64,000 bases of DNA from Phoronis australis (lineage: Eukaryota > Animalia > Phoronida): positions 62,001 to 126,000 of the forward strand of contig NMRA01000430.1 of NCBI GenBank assembly GCA_002633005.1, in the 5' to 3' direction. Position 1 is the stretch's first letter, and every line of letters starts with the position of its first letter. The position numbers and the translations under genes are program-made. The notes beneath the pieces are model-generated. The model made no database searches. It saw nothing but the letters and a program-made list of their open reading frames with translations, and was not told the origin of the DNA. Below, one piece after another: positions 11,691-26,200 of the stretch.

Positions 11691-14600
11691 TCACGCAGCT
11701 TCAACCCATTGTGTTGTGTAGCAAATTATTTCCAGCTGTTGCCAGGAGTTGCAGTAATACAATTTACCTAGTTCTATGTTACAAAAATCTATCAGGCATT
11801 TATCCTGTTATTATGCTTGCTGTTTATTGCTGATATACTGGTGATGATTATATATAAAAATTACCACGTTTGTCATTATAATATGAACAAAGTTTCACCT
11901 TTGTCCAGGAAGTCAGCGGGAAGTTTAATTAACAGTCTCTCGCCTTTTAGTTGCTTGATACGTAAATTCATCAATTTTTGTCACTTGTATATTTTTGCTT
12001 CTAATTTTTAAAACTTGAAGCGGTATCAAAATTTTAAAATTTTTTTACATTTTTAAAAGGAACTCAAACTGTACAGTTTCAAATATTTTTGTTTTTCTGC
12101 CTATTGCCTCTGCATTATGCTCCAAAATCTGGCTTATAACTAATGTAATACTATGAAAACCACATAGTATGTAGAATGTCAAATTTGTCAGTGTTTTCCC
12201 TTTCTTGAGCTTCAACAGAAATGTCCTTTATCCTCCACTTGGGTTGATTGAACTTTCCAGGATTTGCCAAGGACTCAGTTGCTAAGTTACTGTTTCAGAC
12301 AAAGGTCTTCCTGTAGACACCACTATTGTAAACTTACAAACATTCAACTGATCCTTATGTCATTGAAACCAAGGGTTCGCCTAATTTTGTATTGGAAATG
12401 TTTACAAAATACTAAGATGGTTTTATTGGGAACAGGCTTACAGCAGGAATAAACCGGTGTTACATCACAAAAAACAAATTTTGATTTAAGCCTATTACCG
12501 TTATGAAGTTGGTCTCCAGTTCCTTCCTACTAGTCAAATATGGCTTTGCTAGGCTGGCGCTAGACTTTTAAAGTTATTAGCCAAAATGGCTAAAGCATCT
12601 GAGCACTTTTAGCCATTTACAAACACTTTCTCTCTGTCCCCGGGTTACTGCGGGGGCATGCCGGCCACATGGGGATTTCATTGATGTTGACCCAAAAAAT
12701 TTGCTCCTATCCCCCGGTTACGCATTTCATTGATTTTGACCTAAAAATTGGGTTGGGATTCCTCCCTATGCCAGGGTTATGGCAGGGATACACCCGCCTC
12801 GTGGGCATTTTGACGAGCAAGACATTTACATCCAAAAACATTAACAGAACTTGTGGCTTGCAATATAAAGCTAAATCGTGACATCTGCTTTACTTTGCTT
12901 TCTTTTGGATGCCGCCGAAATAGTCCTGGCCAATGCGATATTGGAGATCCACCCCCTCCCCCACACAGTTGAACATTTCATTGCGGTAAAAGAATGATTT
13001 CAGGGGGAGTGACGATTATAAAATGGAACATTCGCTTCCTATTTTAGGACTCTGACTCGAAGTAAGAATGTTGTTTGCGGCCCCACTTGATTTGAGCTGA
13101 CTGTGAATCTACAGGCAATTATGTTTCCCGAAATTAATTTTAATTGCCAAGCTGCAAAAGCATACGCCAAGTTGGCGAATGGACATAGCTCTACCATCGC
13201 CAGTGCTACTCAGAATTCGCCAATAGCGAGCAGCTAGCGCGAGCCTAGCTTTGAAACAACTGACAATCTCTTGTGTCTTGGGACCAAGTTCTACAAGTTG
13301 GCTAGTCAGCAAAATCTGTCATTTCCTCGTAAATCCAGAGATCTTTTCTCATATGAGTAAGGAACAATTTAAAAGTAATTTTTAAGCGTTAAAGTCATTG
13401 TTTTAAAATGCCTAGTTTTCGCGTATCTAGCATACACGAATAAGACCACTGTTTTTTTTTACAAAAATGTCTGTGTTTTGCGAGTTATTGCATAAAACCT
13501 GAACTAATTGAATGATCAAAAATTCCTAAGGGCTTTTTTGAGGTGTAACGTTTAGTTTTCATTTAAAAAACTCATAGTAAAATCTACTGGATTGTTAATT
13601 TGCTATGAATGTACCTTTGTTGCACGTGAAAATTTAACTGTAAAACGTGGTCACATGACAATAATAAAGACAAAGCAGTAAGAAGCATATTAATAGAATC
13701 CTCGATATTTCTCCGTTCAGAAATTATACACTTTTAATGGCATAGTTTTTTCGATATTTGACTTAGAGTTGAGGTGTTTTTACCTAGGCAACCTTAAAGC
13801 CTTTCTTGAACGGTAATACCGGTAAGTTTGGTTCCTACAGTATGTTAGGAGCATCGCTCTGAGCCCACCAGTACAATGAATTGTCAAACTCTTAGGCTTA
13901 TTGTTTAGCTTTTGTCTATGTCACCCCAAGAATCACATTTTAAGTCAAACAGCTGCAAATAACACCCGCACGCAATGTTCTATTCAGACCCCTATTCTAT
14001 ACAACTGTTGCCTATTCGATACAATTGCTAGAGGTTTTTTGTTGTTAGGGCTGGGATCTCGCGGTGGCGCAATATGGCACGAAAAGGCAACTTTACTTTT
14101 CATTTGACGAGCCTACATTTGAGTGATTGAACTTGCATATTCATATTTTGCAAAGGCTTTGCTAGGACAATCTGGTTACCCCAATACATCTAAAATAACA
14201 AAATTTCGTTGAAGTTTGGCTTTTAACTGGAATGCAGGCTTTTTTCAATTCTAGCCTAGTTGTACAATGTCAATGTACAAATTGGTTGGTGATGAATTTC
14301 AATCATCAGTTTAGTGTGATGTGCAATGTACAGAAAGCAGTAAAACCTTGTTAGTTATGATGTTGGCCCAGGTGAAAGAAAGCTTTCCATTCCTTTCCTG
14401 TACAATGTCTGGCCACCTGACCTCTACAGGCTGACTCAGTGATAGATGACTGGTTTTCACATTCATATCAGCACATTTGTAGCATGTGTTCCAATCTATC
14501 ACTACAATCTTTGACAGATACCTAATCAAAAAACAAGGCTAACATCAGCCTCTAAATTTAACCATTGGCTTTTTTAGTTTGTTGGTCGTCTCCATGCTGA

Positions 14601-15154
14601 AGCGTCCGTCTGACCCCTGCGCTACCTTCCATTCCACGTCAGACAGGTAAGTCCACAGTCTTACCTGACCGTCATTGGCTTTCTTGCAGGTTGTTTGTGA
14701 GCTCATGGCTTTGAAGATCTATTTTTTTCATCATGTCTCATTTAATAGCTGTTTTGAATAAATATCATCACATTAACATAATATTATGATAATAAGATAT
14801 TGAGGTGTGTCATGAATTAAAGCATTTGGTATGTTAGCATGCCCCATCTATGGACTGAATCGGTCTCAGGCTCAATTTAATACATGCATTTGTCATCTCC
14901 AATTTAAATAATTAATGTTAACCTGGAATAAGCCCTTAGCAGATACTCGGAAAACAACCTTAAAAACATCAATTGAAACCGAAAAATACGATCGGGCGTA
15001 CTTTCGAAAAGGGGACGTATTTTACGGAAACTGGACAAAGATTTTGTGATCCAGTTTTAAAGCAAACAATTGTACTTAAAATTATTCACCAGTACTGTTT
15101 TCAAAGTACCAACAAAGTCACCCGATATCTCGTTATAATAATAATAGTAATAAT

Positions 15155-15669
15155 CAGGGCTTGGAATTTTCTGCGGAAACGCGGATTTCCACTTTTTTCA
15201 AATGTTCTGTCCGCATATTTTATTACATTTCCACGGAAAAAAAAATCGGATATGATATAAAATTTCCGCGGCAAATTCCTTTCTTACCGCGGCGTTGCCG
15301 ACGACGTTCACCTCGAAAAGCGGAAGTTGGTCTTTATGTTTCGGAGGAACGTAAATTGTCAACATTGCCGGGGCATCTGGGATAGCGTGGCGGGATTTTC
15401 AATGGCGTCTCGTGTGATTGTAAACCGCGGTGACAAATACTACGGCTCTGCAGCCAAAAATGTGTGGGAATGGGAGTGGAGGAGTGGATGGACGAGTTAA
15501 AAAAACGCAGACGCACGCTACTGATGGTGGTAACATTTTTTTTTCTTTTTTAGTCCTACCGAATTTTGTCGGCGAAAGGTTCACATCGGCTATTTCAAGG
15601 CCGGGTAGCACGCAAGTTTTGGGCCGTAAAAGTTTCCGCGTTTTTTGTCATTGGTCATTCCAAGCCCTG
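15155..15669. mobile_element. hAT-like MITE (515 bp)
   Basis: Perfect 13-bp TIRs CAGGGCTTGGAAT / ATTCCAAGCCCTG; higher GC than the flanks; inserted in an (AAT)n tract. Confidence 0.75.
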
Positions 15670-16090
15670 AATAATAAACTTTATTTAAAGAGGATAAAAA
15701 TACAATAAATGTAAAACATGCTTTAGCCAAAGCCTAATATCCAGCATGGTTCTCTGCAGCAAGAAATTAAATTAATTAAATTAAGTTAGGTAAACAGATT
15801 AAATTAAGATACAATAAGATACATTAAATAAAATAGTATTCACAAATTGGATAAACAAATTGAATTAAAGATAAATAAATAGATAAAAATTTTTGGTAAA
15901 TATATTTTAAAAACAAGAAGGAGGGGCATCTATGACGACCACAGGTAACTGATGAGGTGGTGTCTGAAATTATCATAACAATCAGCATCCTTAAGACTAT
16001 TAGGCAAATTTTTCCACTGTTTGATGGTCTGAATAAAGAAGGACTTAGAATAAAACGATGTTCTGTTAAAAGATAGACATTTGAGTGAAA
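15670..16090 (-). mobile_element. 5'-truncated CR1/L2-group LINE remnant (ORF2 C-terminus plus 3'UTR)
   Basis: Minus-strand peptide RTSFYSKSFFIQTIKQWKNLPNSLKDADCYDNFRHHL resembles the SFFxRTIxxWNxLP end of LINE ORF2; followed by AATAAA and a (TTA)n tail. Confidence 0.65.
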
Positions 16091-17004
16091 CTGTAATCTC
16101 AAAATACAATGTCTTGAGAATAAACAAAATGTTACATCAAAACATATTCTATGGGTATTTCAGAACAATTCATCAGATTTTCAAAATATGCACACAGTTA
16201 CCGAAGATACGCCCAGGGGCAGAGTTTTGGAAATGTTTCCAAAAATACTCTTTCGGGTTTATTTTCAGAAATTCCGGGTAGTTTGGAAATTTCGATGAAA
16301 TGCATTTGTATATTTACAAAACAATGTATTAATAATAATAAGCATTATATGTACCGAAGCTGGTTTTGTTTCTGAATGAATTCTCAAAATATTCGGTAAC
16401 AGATTTTTCCCTCATTTAAAATTTTCTCTGTAACAGGAAAAATTCAACTTATAACTCTTTACCATTGTGAGAGTGCAAAACCGTCTCGCTTGACCCAATT
16501 TCTAATTCTGGTGTGTGACGAGGCATATTTTATTATATCGCTGCTGTTAGCGTGGAAAATGTCTAATCCTGTCATGAAACTTGGAGAGCACATTTCCAAT
16601 CCAATTGCTGTTGGTCTTAATAACTTAATAACTGCATTGTTGATTTTAAAGTGATATACAGAAAAATTGTTAAATCTTTACATTCACTTAAGGAACTTCA
16701 TCAAACTTGTGCGACACCTGTAGCAACTGTTTTTTGTGTCATTTTTGATTAAATAACAGTTATATGGTTATCTGAGATAAATGTTCAAGTTTATTAATTT
16801 CCTCAATTTCTAATTAATTGCATATGTCACTCCGGAAATGACATTCGTGCCCGAAATCATTCCCTGCTTGATTTTTTGCATGAGGATTTATTGTGGACAT
16901 CTGTTGATTGTTGTTTTCCAAAAATTGATGCAATTATTTGTCTTCGATGAGTATCGTCAGACAATCCTGGGTTGAGATAGATCTCAGTTAAGTAAGTAAG
17001 ATTT

Positions 17005-17391
17005 AAGTCCCTTCCAGACACAGCCTACACTAAAAGAACTTGCACTTAGTGCAACTTAACCCACTTTTTAAGTGGAGTGTCCACACACACGTAAGGTGGA
17101 AGTTGTCGCTCTGCGCATGACAATGAAAACGTAATGCGACTACGGCGCACAAAAGAAAACCCGTCTGTTTGTAACCGCAGCTGATAATTACTTCCACCCT
17201 ACCCCACTTTTGTAGCCACATAGCGATTACCCTAGAACAAGTTACCGCACCTCTATAATGTGGTGTAAGCTATCTTAAGTAGGGTAAGTTGCACTACTTT
17301 TCAATAGTGTCCAGACAGCAGTCAAACCTTGCGGCAACTTGTTTCAGAAGTAACTTGTTCTAAGGTAAGTCTGTGTGTGTGGATGGCTCTT
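17005..17391. mobile_element. Possible degenerate MITE
   Basis: Imperfect inverted ends AAGTCCCTTCCAGACACA / TGTGTGTGGATGGCTCTT, with internal GTGTCCA(G/C)ACA repeats. Confidence 0.35.
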
Positions 17392-19369
17392 TAGCCATTG
17401 TTTAATCTGCTGTGGATGGGAAATGGCTGAAGTCAGTAACCATGGCTTTTAACACTGTGGTGACTCTTCACTCGTACATGGCCTTGAATTAATATTCTAG
17501 TAGTGGCTGCAGCTTGCAACGCTTTGCGTTTAAAAAAAATCCTAGCAGGTGTCGACGGAGCAGAGAAGGGAAATGCCGACAGTATGGCGTCCTTCTGCAT
17601 AGCATGTTTAGCAGGTACCTTCATGATTTCTGCATACATGTCCTTTTGATAATCCGACGATAAGAAATATTGCAGCACACATGACAGTAGCCGTAGCGTG
17701 AATTGCCAATGCTTCATTCTGGACACAAACGAGCCAACGTCAATATCGAAATCGTGTCATCCAGTGGAAATCAGTGACAAGAAACTCCTGTACTTATCAA
17801 GAGGTCACGATGCGTGCATCCCCAAACTCAACAACTTCCAAGCGTGCTGAATAAGACTCAGCTAAGGTGCACAATAACACATCCAATGTCAAACACTGTC
17901 CCAAATGCATGTGTACAAAGCTGGTGGGGAACGAAAATTCGGACTGTGAGCATCACTTCTCACTTCCTGAGTGTCGCACGCATAATTAACCCGAGGGAAT
18001 TTAGTTAACTCAAAAATTGAACTAGGAGAAGCAGGAATCGTAATTTGACCAAAATGACACTAAAAACAGATGTCATCTGTTTTAAACAGAAGATGTTGGC
18101 TGAGATTCAACCTGTCTCATGTGGAAATGGATTTTGTTCATTTATCTCACGATCGACGCGCCAACAGGTGTCACAAAAGTTTGATAAAGTTAGCAGTGGC
18201 TGACGAAACGTAAATTCTCAAGTAAGGCCATACAAATACACGTACACATATGAGCAGTGCTAGCGTCATCGCTTCAAAAAACATGTAATTAGCACAATCG
18301 CAACATCAAACTTTTGTTATTCTAGGTACACTTCTCTCAGGATTTTTTAAATCAATTCTGTTCAGCCAAATATTGAAGTACTTGGTACAATGTTTATGCC
18401 GTTCCCATTACGAACCATATTAAAATGAAATTCGAAATGTACTATTTTCTCGGTGCATCAATCTGTCCTCATTAAGTTTGATCAATTTTTTAATGAAATA
18501 AATGACGCCACCAACTTAGATCTGCATTCTCCTTCGGACTAGTAAATCATATTAGTACATGTTGTTCATGCAAGGTCAACGACGACAAATCAAAAGCAGG
18601 CATCCACAACCCAGGATTGCTCACACAACTCACTTTGCAAACCCCTGAAACACGACTGGACAGTCCGTTTCACTGGCTTGCAGCCTTCCACGAGCCTATT
18701 TTCTTTAACATAGCTGTATTGGCCTACCCAGATATTGTCTAATGTTGAATCGTGATCACGTAAAATAGCCTTCTCACGCCACAAGGTGCCACCATCAGAA
18801 CAAAGAACGAAAGTACGAAAATGCAACACCGTATAAGGATTCTTCATTATGTATGTTGTTCATGTCTTGTTCAAAGTCAGTTCCAAAACATATCGTAGCG
18901 CCTAACCATTCAAAGTAATCTCAATGGGTTAATGCTCAGTAAGGCTGTCAGTAACTGTTACAAAGAGTTCATAACATGACAGTAAACTTTGAAGGCATGA
19001 ATAAGTCCGACAGCGGGCAGCTCTAAAAGTTGTACTATTGAGCCAGCACATAATTTAATTTGTCTTAAAAACAAAACATAGGCAGACAGTAGAATTTTTA
19101 TTGTAAACATTCATTTCTAATCAGTAGGTTTACCTATCCTGTGAAATGCGATGTACTTTAAAAGTGTACCTCTTTACAACCCTGATAACCTCAGTGAAAT
19201 CTATTTACCATATACATAGCTACCTTGTTTCAATTAGGTTACATTTTACGGTCAGATTTTACATAAAAGATATGAACATGTGCTGTTGAATATTCATTCC
19301 TGAAATTTGACTTCCCAGTGGAAAGGGAATTGCAGCAATTTGTGTGTGAGAACTTGAGCACACTCTGTG

Positions 19370-20200
19370 ATGTCAATGTGCCAGCACCATTAAATTTTCG
19401 GGCGGATTCGACTATCACCTCCTAGTGGCCATTCCTTATCAACAAAAAATTATTGTTGGAGGAAGAGGGTTTCTAGATCGTACTTGAAGAACCAATACTC
19501 TAGTTGACAGATTTCATTGAAACTTGCAACAGAGGTGCATTATAAGATTGCGGCCTCATCAATTGATTTCCAGGCAGATTTGACAACTGCAGTGCCTCCT
19601 AGTGGCCATTTTGCTTGAGCGTTTCCAGATTATTTGTAGAGAACCAAGTGAAGGATTTCAATGAATGTGGACATAGAGGTATTTCTTGCCAATGTGCGGG
19701 CAGTGTTAAATTTTCGGGCAGATTTGACCATTGCAGGACTTCTCAGTGGCCCTTCAGTTCCTGTCAAGAGGGCTTTTCAAGTGTTGTTTGGGGGATGAGG
19801 ATTTCTGGATGGTATTAAGAAAACCAGCTATCGAATTTAGATAAAACTTGACTCGGTATACGATGCCAGTGTGCCAGCAGTATTTGTTTTTCAGATGGAT
19901 TTGATCTCTGCAGCATCTCCTTGCTATTTTGGGGAAGAACATTTGCTTTGCGGATATCTTTTGAGACAATTGATGTATTTCAATGAAACTACATAGTTAT
20001 GTATGATGACCATGTGTCAGCACAATTTTGTTCCTCGACAAGGGTATTTCAAGTGTTGTATTGGGGAAGAGCATTTTGGGATTATATCGGGAGAACTAAC
20101 CAACAGATTTCAATGAAACTCGGCGGTATGTGATGACAGTTCGTCGGCATCACTACATTTTTGGGCTGATTCAACTATCGTAGCACCTCCTAGTGGCCAA
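19370..20200. repeat. Degenerate tandem modules of an interspersed repeat
   Basis: Recurring 'atttcaatgaaact', 'ttttcgggcagatttgac' and 'cctcctagtggcca' (near 19419, 19595, 20186). Confidence 0.55.
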
Positions 20201-23200
20201 TGGAAACGTATTGTATGCGTTGTAAGGTGGGAGCATGTCAGCGTTGCTCTTGTTATTAGTTTTTTCACCTTTGGAAGCTGAGGTCTCACTGGCACTGTAA
20301 GAAATGCATTTGAAATACTTGTTATTGAACGTATGTTGCTTTTCGACACATTGCAGAGCAGACTGCGAATTGAAAAAATTACGTAAATCGTAATAGGAGA
20401 TGAGAACGTCTGACATTTACTGCAGTTACATGTATTATTGGGTGTGGCAAACCATGCAATTGTGTTAACAAGGTTATTTTGACATTTTACGTGTTTTGTC
20501 GCTGCTGTTTTGAAGTGATTGACCAGCGGTCACAGCAACCAACTTCCAAACCGTGCTAGTTCCAGTAAAGGACTACCTTGACAAAATTGTATTGGCACCA
20601 GTTGATTGTCAGACAAATTGGACTGCTGTAGCTCCCTCTTTTGGTCATTTAGTTCTTGATTGCTTGTCTGTTGCATATTGCCAAAAACGTCTGGATAGGT
20701 GTTTGATACCAGCAAGTGAAAACATTAATTCAGAACCGTGTTACAACACATACACAAAATCACAGCACAGTTCGTTTTAGGTGGAACCTGGAAGGCATGA
20801 AACTGCTATAATCAGATCGTGGCCACCATAACAATGTAAAATTAGCAGTCCATTAAATTATGTTAATGATGGGTGCTCACATGTCCTCATCTCGGGATCC
20901 ATTTATCTTCTCTCTTGGTTTCTTTGCTGTGTTAGTTTCATACTCTATTTTTATTCCAGTTTCATTTAGTCAATTGTCAACAGTACCGCTTTTGTTGTAG
21001 CTTTCAAAGAAGCTGTAAACCTGAAGTAACCCAATGCTTAGCCCTTGTTTGTTAACTGCATTTCGTAGAAGTGTTGACTACAGAAACAAGATCTGTTTCT
21101 TAACTAGAAATTTGTGACTCAGTAAATTTATACAGGCCTGAGCGACGACCAGGAGGGGTCTAATATAGCAATTCTGTTGTCAACTACTTGACCTCCACAA
21201 GTCACCTGGTCAGGCAACTCATTTAATGAAGAAAGTCAAGTGTTTGAATTATTAGAGATAAAACATCAATAACATTGAATTACTGAGGGCAACTGCGACC
21301 TACGAAACGATGGTTTGGCTAATGTGAATTATATTACCACGAGTAACAAATTATTGTCGTGGATGATGGATTTTCTTCTTATGTTTGCAAACTTCAAAAT
21401 CCGGCTTTAATACCCCAGCTTTCAGCGACACTGTCTGCCCGCACTGAGTCTTCCATCTGCTGTGCACTAGGTAAAACATGTATCCAGGCCAAAAATGTGA
21501 CAGTCCTAAAAATTTGGTTTAGGTGGGAAGCTCTCGGATTTTCTGGAATTCCTACAGCTCACGGAAAGGTATCAACAAAGTCTGCCAATTTTGATAAATT
21601 CCCCTGACTTTGAACTAATCCCCCCAGTTTTCTCAAAATGTGAGGGGGTGATCGAGGATGTGTTGCAACCAAGGGGACAGAGTGCCTCACTGGGTTTCTG
21701 CCTCTCAATTTCAGAATTCTGGTTGGCAGTACATTACCAGATGTTTTGTGTATCATCTTCAAGAAATAAAAAATGCTAGTCACTGATCGTTTTTCACTAA
21801 TTGCATTTCAGTCAAACTGGCAAAATCAGATTTTGCCAATGTTGCTGGCGGCTCTTTAGAACTATGTATTTCTTGATAACTGTATGCACAAGTATCAGAA
21901 CTAACTGAAAAGCAACGCTGTGTGACCTGGCATTTCATTGAAAATTCTCAAAGGTTAAGGGGGATGCTTACTAGAGCACTGTGGGTGCTCGTTGTGAAAG
22001 ATTTCAAAGTGAGCGTGGTTGCTAACCCGAATATTTGCGGTAATACGAAATTGAAAGACTGCAATAGTAAAAATATTGTTGTAATATGATTTTGTGTGGC
22101 ACACTCCGCCTCGGTGTGACTGTGCCCTTATTAACCACCTGGAATCATTTTGTTTCTAATTGGTCCGCTTCAGCCGGAACAATATTCTTTCCAACCGAGT
22201 ATGAAAAATCTACGATTTGGTCTACTGAAAATTGGTGGGGGGTGTACGAAGAGAAGATGAAAAAGTCCGCTAACCACAATTTCGTGCCTGTCCGTTTGAT
22301 TGCTATGTTCATGGAATGTCGGGCCCAGTAAAGATCATCAAGCTGGGGAAACATCGGAATAGAAGAATAAATTTCTGTTTTTGGGGAACATCAAGCTGTG
22401 GAATATTGTAAAGCACCAGGTCATTTATAACCACCAGGGGCCCAAGTTGATTGTCAAATAAACACACGGGTGCTTGACGTACAGAAGCAAGCAGGTATAC
22501 TCTTTTAGTTAGGACTGTCGCTGTTCTCTTTTGGTATGCCGCTTTGGACTGGTGTGCACGGGTAAGTTCACACACTTGTATCACTGGCGTACACATTACA
22601 TTGGCAGCAATACGAGTGAAGAGTGACATATGACTCATACATATCATGTGTGCACTCAGCCTAAAAAAAGGGCGAACCCAGAAATTTTTAAATTTAAAGT
22701 TGAGAACTCTAGCCAATGAAGTGCGTCAGTGATCGACTGTGAATTATCCCATGTTCACCAGCTGGCCAAAATCTCGGCTCATATTTTCAAATTTCAACTC
22801 GTTATGTCAAGTGCTATCCCCGTTGATTACAACAACTCTGACTTTCGTGTACTCACGTGTAGAACTGGTTACTACTTTAGTCATGTAACAAACCACGGGG
22901 GTCGATTACCGTAATAGTTGGCGCTTCATGTACAAATTATTTTTACCAACGCAGACACATGTATGAACTATTTTTCCTTTGGACACCTACTGTATAACTA
23001 TTGCAGAGAAATGGCGTATTTCAAGGGTGTTGTGCAAACTAAGAGTGCACGAACAGTTAGAGCAATGAACGTATCCGGCAATAGTCTCTTACAGGGGACC
23101 CGGATTTTAAGAACCAGTTTGATGCCCGTTATTCTGTGGAGAAAACTGGTTCTCAAAGTGCGGAACCTCATTAAGTTACTATTACCAGTGTTCTGTATAA

Positions 23201-26200
23201 AAACATCCAATCATGCCGATAATAACAGAAAGTTAAAAATGACGTTCGCTAAATGCTCCTTTAAAAACCTTGAACTTGTTTTTACAAGTTGACATTTGCT
23301 CTCCATTGTCTACAGAAGTCATTTAATTAGGCCAGTGGGAATCTGGCAGACGTGTCCGGCCAACTTAAAAGCAAATACTGTAAGTCGTAGGGAAAAACAA
23401 ATGACACCCTTGGATCTGATGATGACAAAATACATACCTCAAGCTCTAAAGGTGTCGTGTATTATGCTCAAATTCCTGATACTCGTCATAGAATTTCTAG
23501 AAACTTACAATACATCAAAACTGTCATATTGATGAACTCTAGAACAAAACGTTGGATCACAACAGCAAAAACATTCTTAAGGTTCGTCTCATGATCTATT
23601 AATTTTGAGTTTCAAGAGAACTTGGTAAGTTTTTGTATTTGTCATTTTTTAACAAAGCTTATATATTTCGAAAGCCATGTTTGGGGTAAATTTGTTATTT
23701 TCATTCAGTATAATTTCTTTGAGAATTCACATGCAAATTTTTGGGATCTTTGCTCAATCTGTTTTGAAGCACTTCCAGGTCAAACGAATCGCAGCAACAG
23801 CAGTGGTCTTGAAAGTACATTTTAAACTGAAAACAGCATAGTTGAATAAGTTGAAACTAAATGCAACAGAGCAAAATTAAATGTCATGACATGCATATTA
23901 CGACCTGTTTTATATTTTTGCAAAGTTGCAGTACGTTAACAAAAATGCCCACACATCACCATTACGTGGCATTTTTAACGTAATTTTTCAAAAATACTGA
24001 TTTTAGGTACGTTTAAGGTACATTCTTGGTGAGAAAAGTAATTTTGTAGTGGCAGTCGAATGCTCTACTGCTGAGCCAAATACCACACGTTATTTAGAAG
24101 AATATTTAAACATATTTAAATGTGAAAGACGCCAGCCTTGATTTCAATGAATGTCTGGCAGAAAATAGCAATTTGTAATAAAATCACAAACACAATGGAT
24201 TTTTATATTTTATAGCTGTGCCAAAGCTAATAACTTCAAGAAGACTATTCCATTCAACATTAATTCCAAAATTAAGTTTTTCAGCCACAGTAATGATAAT
24301 GTCCCTTTAAGTTATTTGGAGAAGAAAATGGCCACCACATCCACCATATTGGATATGATCATGACAAAAACCAATAGGCTATTCATGAGTTGTATGCTGT
24401 GTGTAAATTTTGTGTCAGTCTGATAGGAAATGTGGGCCTGTTGTGTGCGTATATACAACAAACAAACAAAGAATTCATGACGAAGCAACATACTTAGCAA
24501 AATTTCATTTTGGCAAGTAATGTATATCTATGACTCAGTTTGATGAAAGTTGTAAAAAATTTAATATGCATTATTATCATTGATTACGGCTCTTTATTTT
24601 GTGATTAATTGGATTGAAATGTCTCGGTGGAATGCCTGGTAGCCCATGAATGTGTAATGTGGCCCCAGGAGGAAGGCTTTCCTGTTTTCTGTGGTGTTGG
24701 CCTTTCTATTCTTCAAACTGCATAAACGATCGTTAAGATGAAAGCGCTCCGAGGAGCAAAACTTGGAGAAATTAACAGAAAAGACGACGATAGAGATGAT
24801 GACAAAGATGATGAATACGACGACGATGGTGGCGATGATGAACAATACAAGTAATGATAACATTCATATGACGAACGTAGAGGTCATAAATCAGTTGGCG
24901 AAATCAACTGAAAAGACGACGACGAACATTGTGATGGTGGTGGCGATGATCAACAACATCATAACATTCTTATGGCAAACATAGAAATCAGTAAGAACAG
25001 TCTTGTTTAATAGAAGCTAACATCAACGCAGCAAGAGTGCTCAGCAAAGGAACAGCACTATCAGAAAATTTCGAATAATTCGAAAAGTAGACGTCCTAGC
25101 AAAAATGGAAAATATCTTCTTAAAATCTGTTCAAAACTCTATCTAATCCATCAGTTTCGCAAAATTTTTCTAGTTTTTCGGAAAAATTGAAATTTTGCAT
25201 TTTTTTGAAATTCAGTGTCAAATAACTAGAAAACAGTAAGTCTGAGAAAAAAATTGTTACAGTTCATTTGAAAGACTCTACCTCAGAAATTCTACATGCA
25301 AAAATTCACGTCATTTTCTCTTCCCGTTTAAGATGGCACCCCAGCACAACTGAAAGTGGGTCAACATGCGCCAGATCCGCCATCTTGAAACCAACTTCCG
25401 TTTTTTTAGTCAAAAAAAACTAATACCTGAAAAATTTCAAACCAATTGGTCCTGTAATTTGCCCTGTACAGGAGAAAATGTTTTTAGCCCAAAATCGAGG
25501 TGCGCATGCACAATTGCAGATATTTCTGCTATCTTAAACCGGAAGTTAACAATTTCCGGAACACGTGTAGCATACGGCCGGTCTAATAATCATGCCGATT
25601 TTCATCCCTCTACATAAAAAATTATAGCGCCCAGGAGCATTTGAATCTTAAAATGAAAACAAAATGGTCACCACATCCGCCATCTTGGATCCAATTATGA
25701 CGAAAAACAATAGGCTTCCAGTACTTTCGAAACTACGTGTTATGTGTGAATTTCGTGATGATGATTGGATGAAAATTGCGACCTGTATCGTGCGAACAAA
25801 CAAAAAAAAACTTTGTGATAGAGCATCACACTTGGCGAAATTTATTTCGCCAAGTAAAAACTCCTAAACGCCATTCAGAATCTTAGTGAAATGTAAAAAG
25901 TATTTCTATGAGCGTGACAACAGATGACGACTTCTTTCTGACGGATCCGACTACCACTGTGCTTCTTGTTGGCAAGTCTGTCTTTTACCCTTGCCCTTGT
26001 ATCTTTGGAGTATAAGGATGGATCGTCATGAAATTTGTCTAATAGATTTTTATTAGGGAGACAATGAGGCCTTACTATTTTTTGATGGATTTTACATATT
26101 ACGCACCACCTATTGGCCATTTTTATGACACCCCTAGAAGCCTATCGTTTGTGCAGTCGTGGGAGCATTTCAGTGCTTTGCATTACTCTTGTTATCAACT

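Noticed and set aside
22650-22730. CArG/MEF2-like CCTAAAAAAAGG near CCAAT and TCAGT
   Set aside because: Spacing fits neither CC(A/T)6GG nor CTA(A/T)4TAG; a promoter call is unsupported without TSS data.
24730-24990. Met/Thr/Asn-rich ORFs
   Set aside because: GAT/GAC low-complexity sequence in a local duplication; no recognisable domain.
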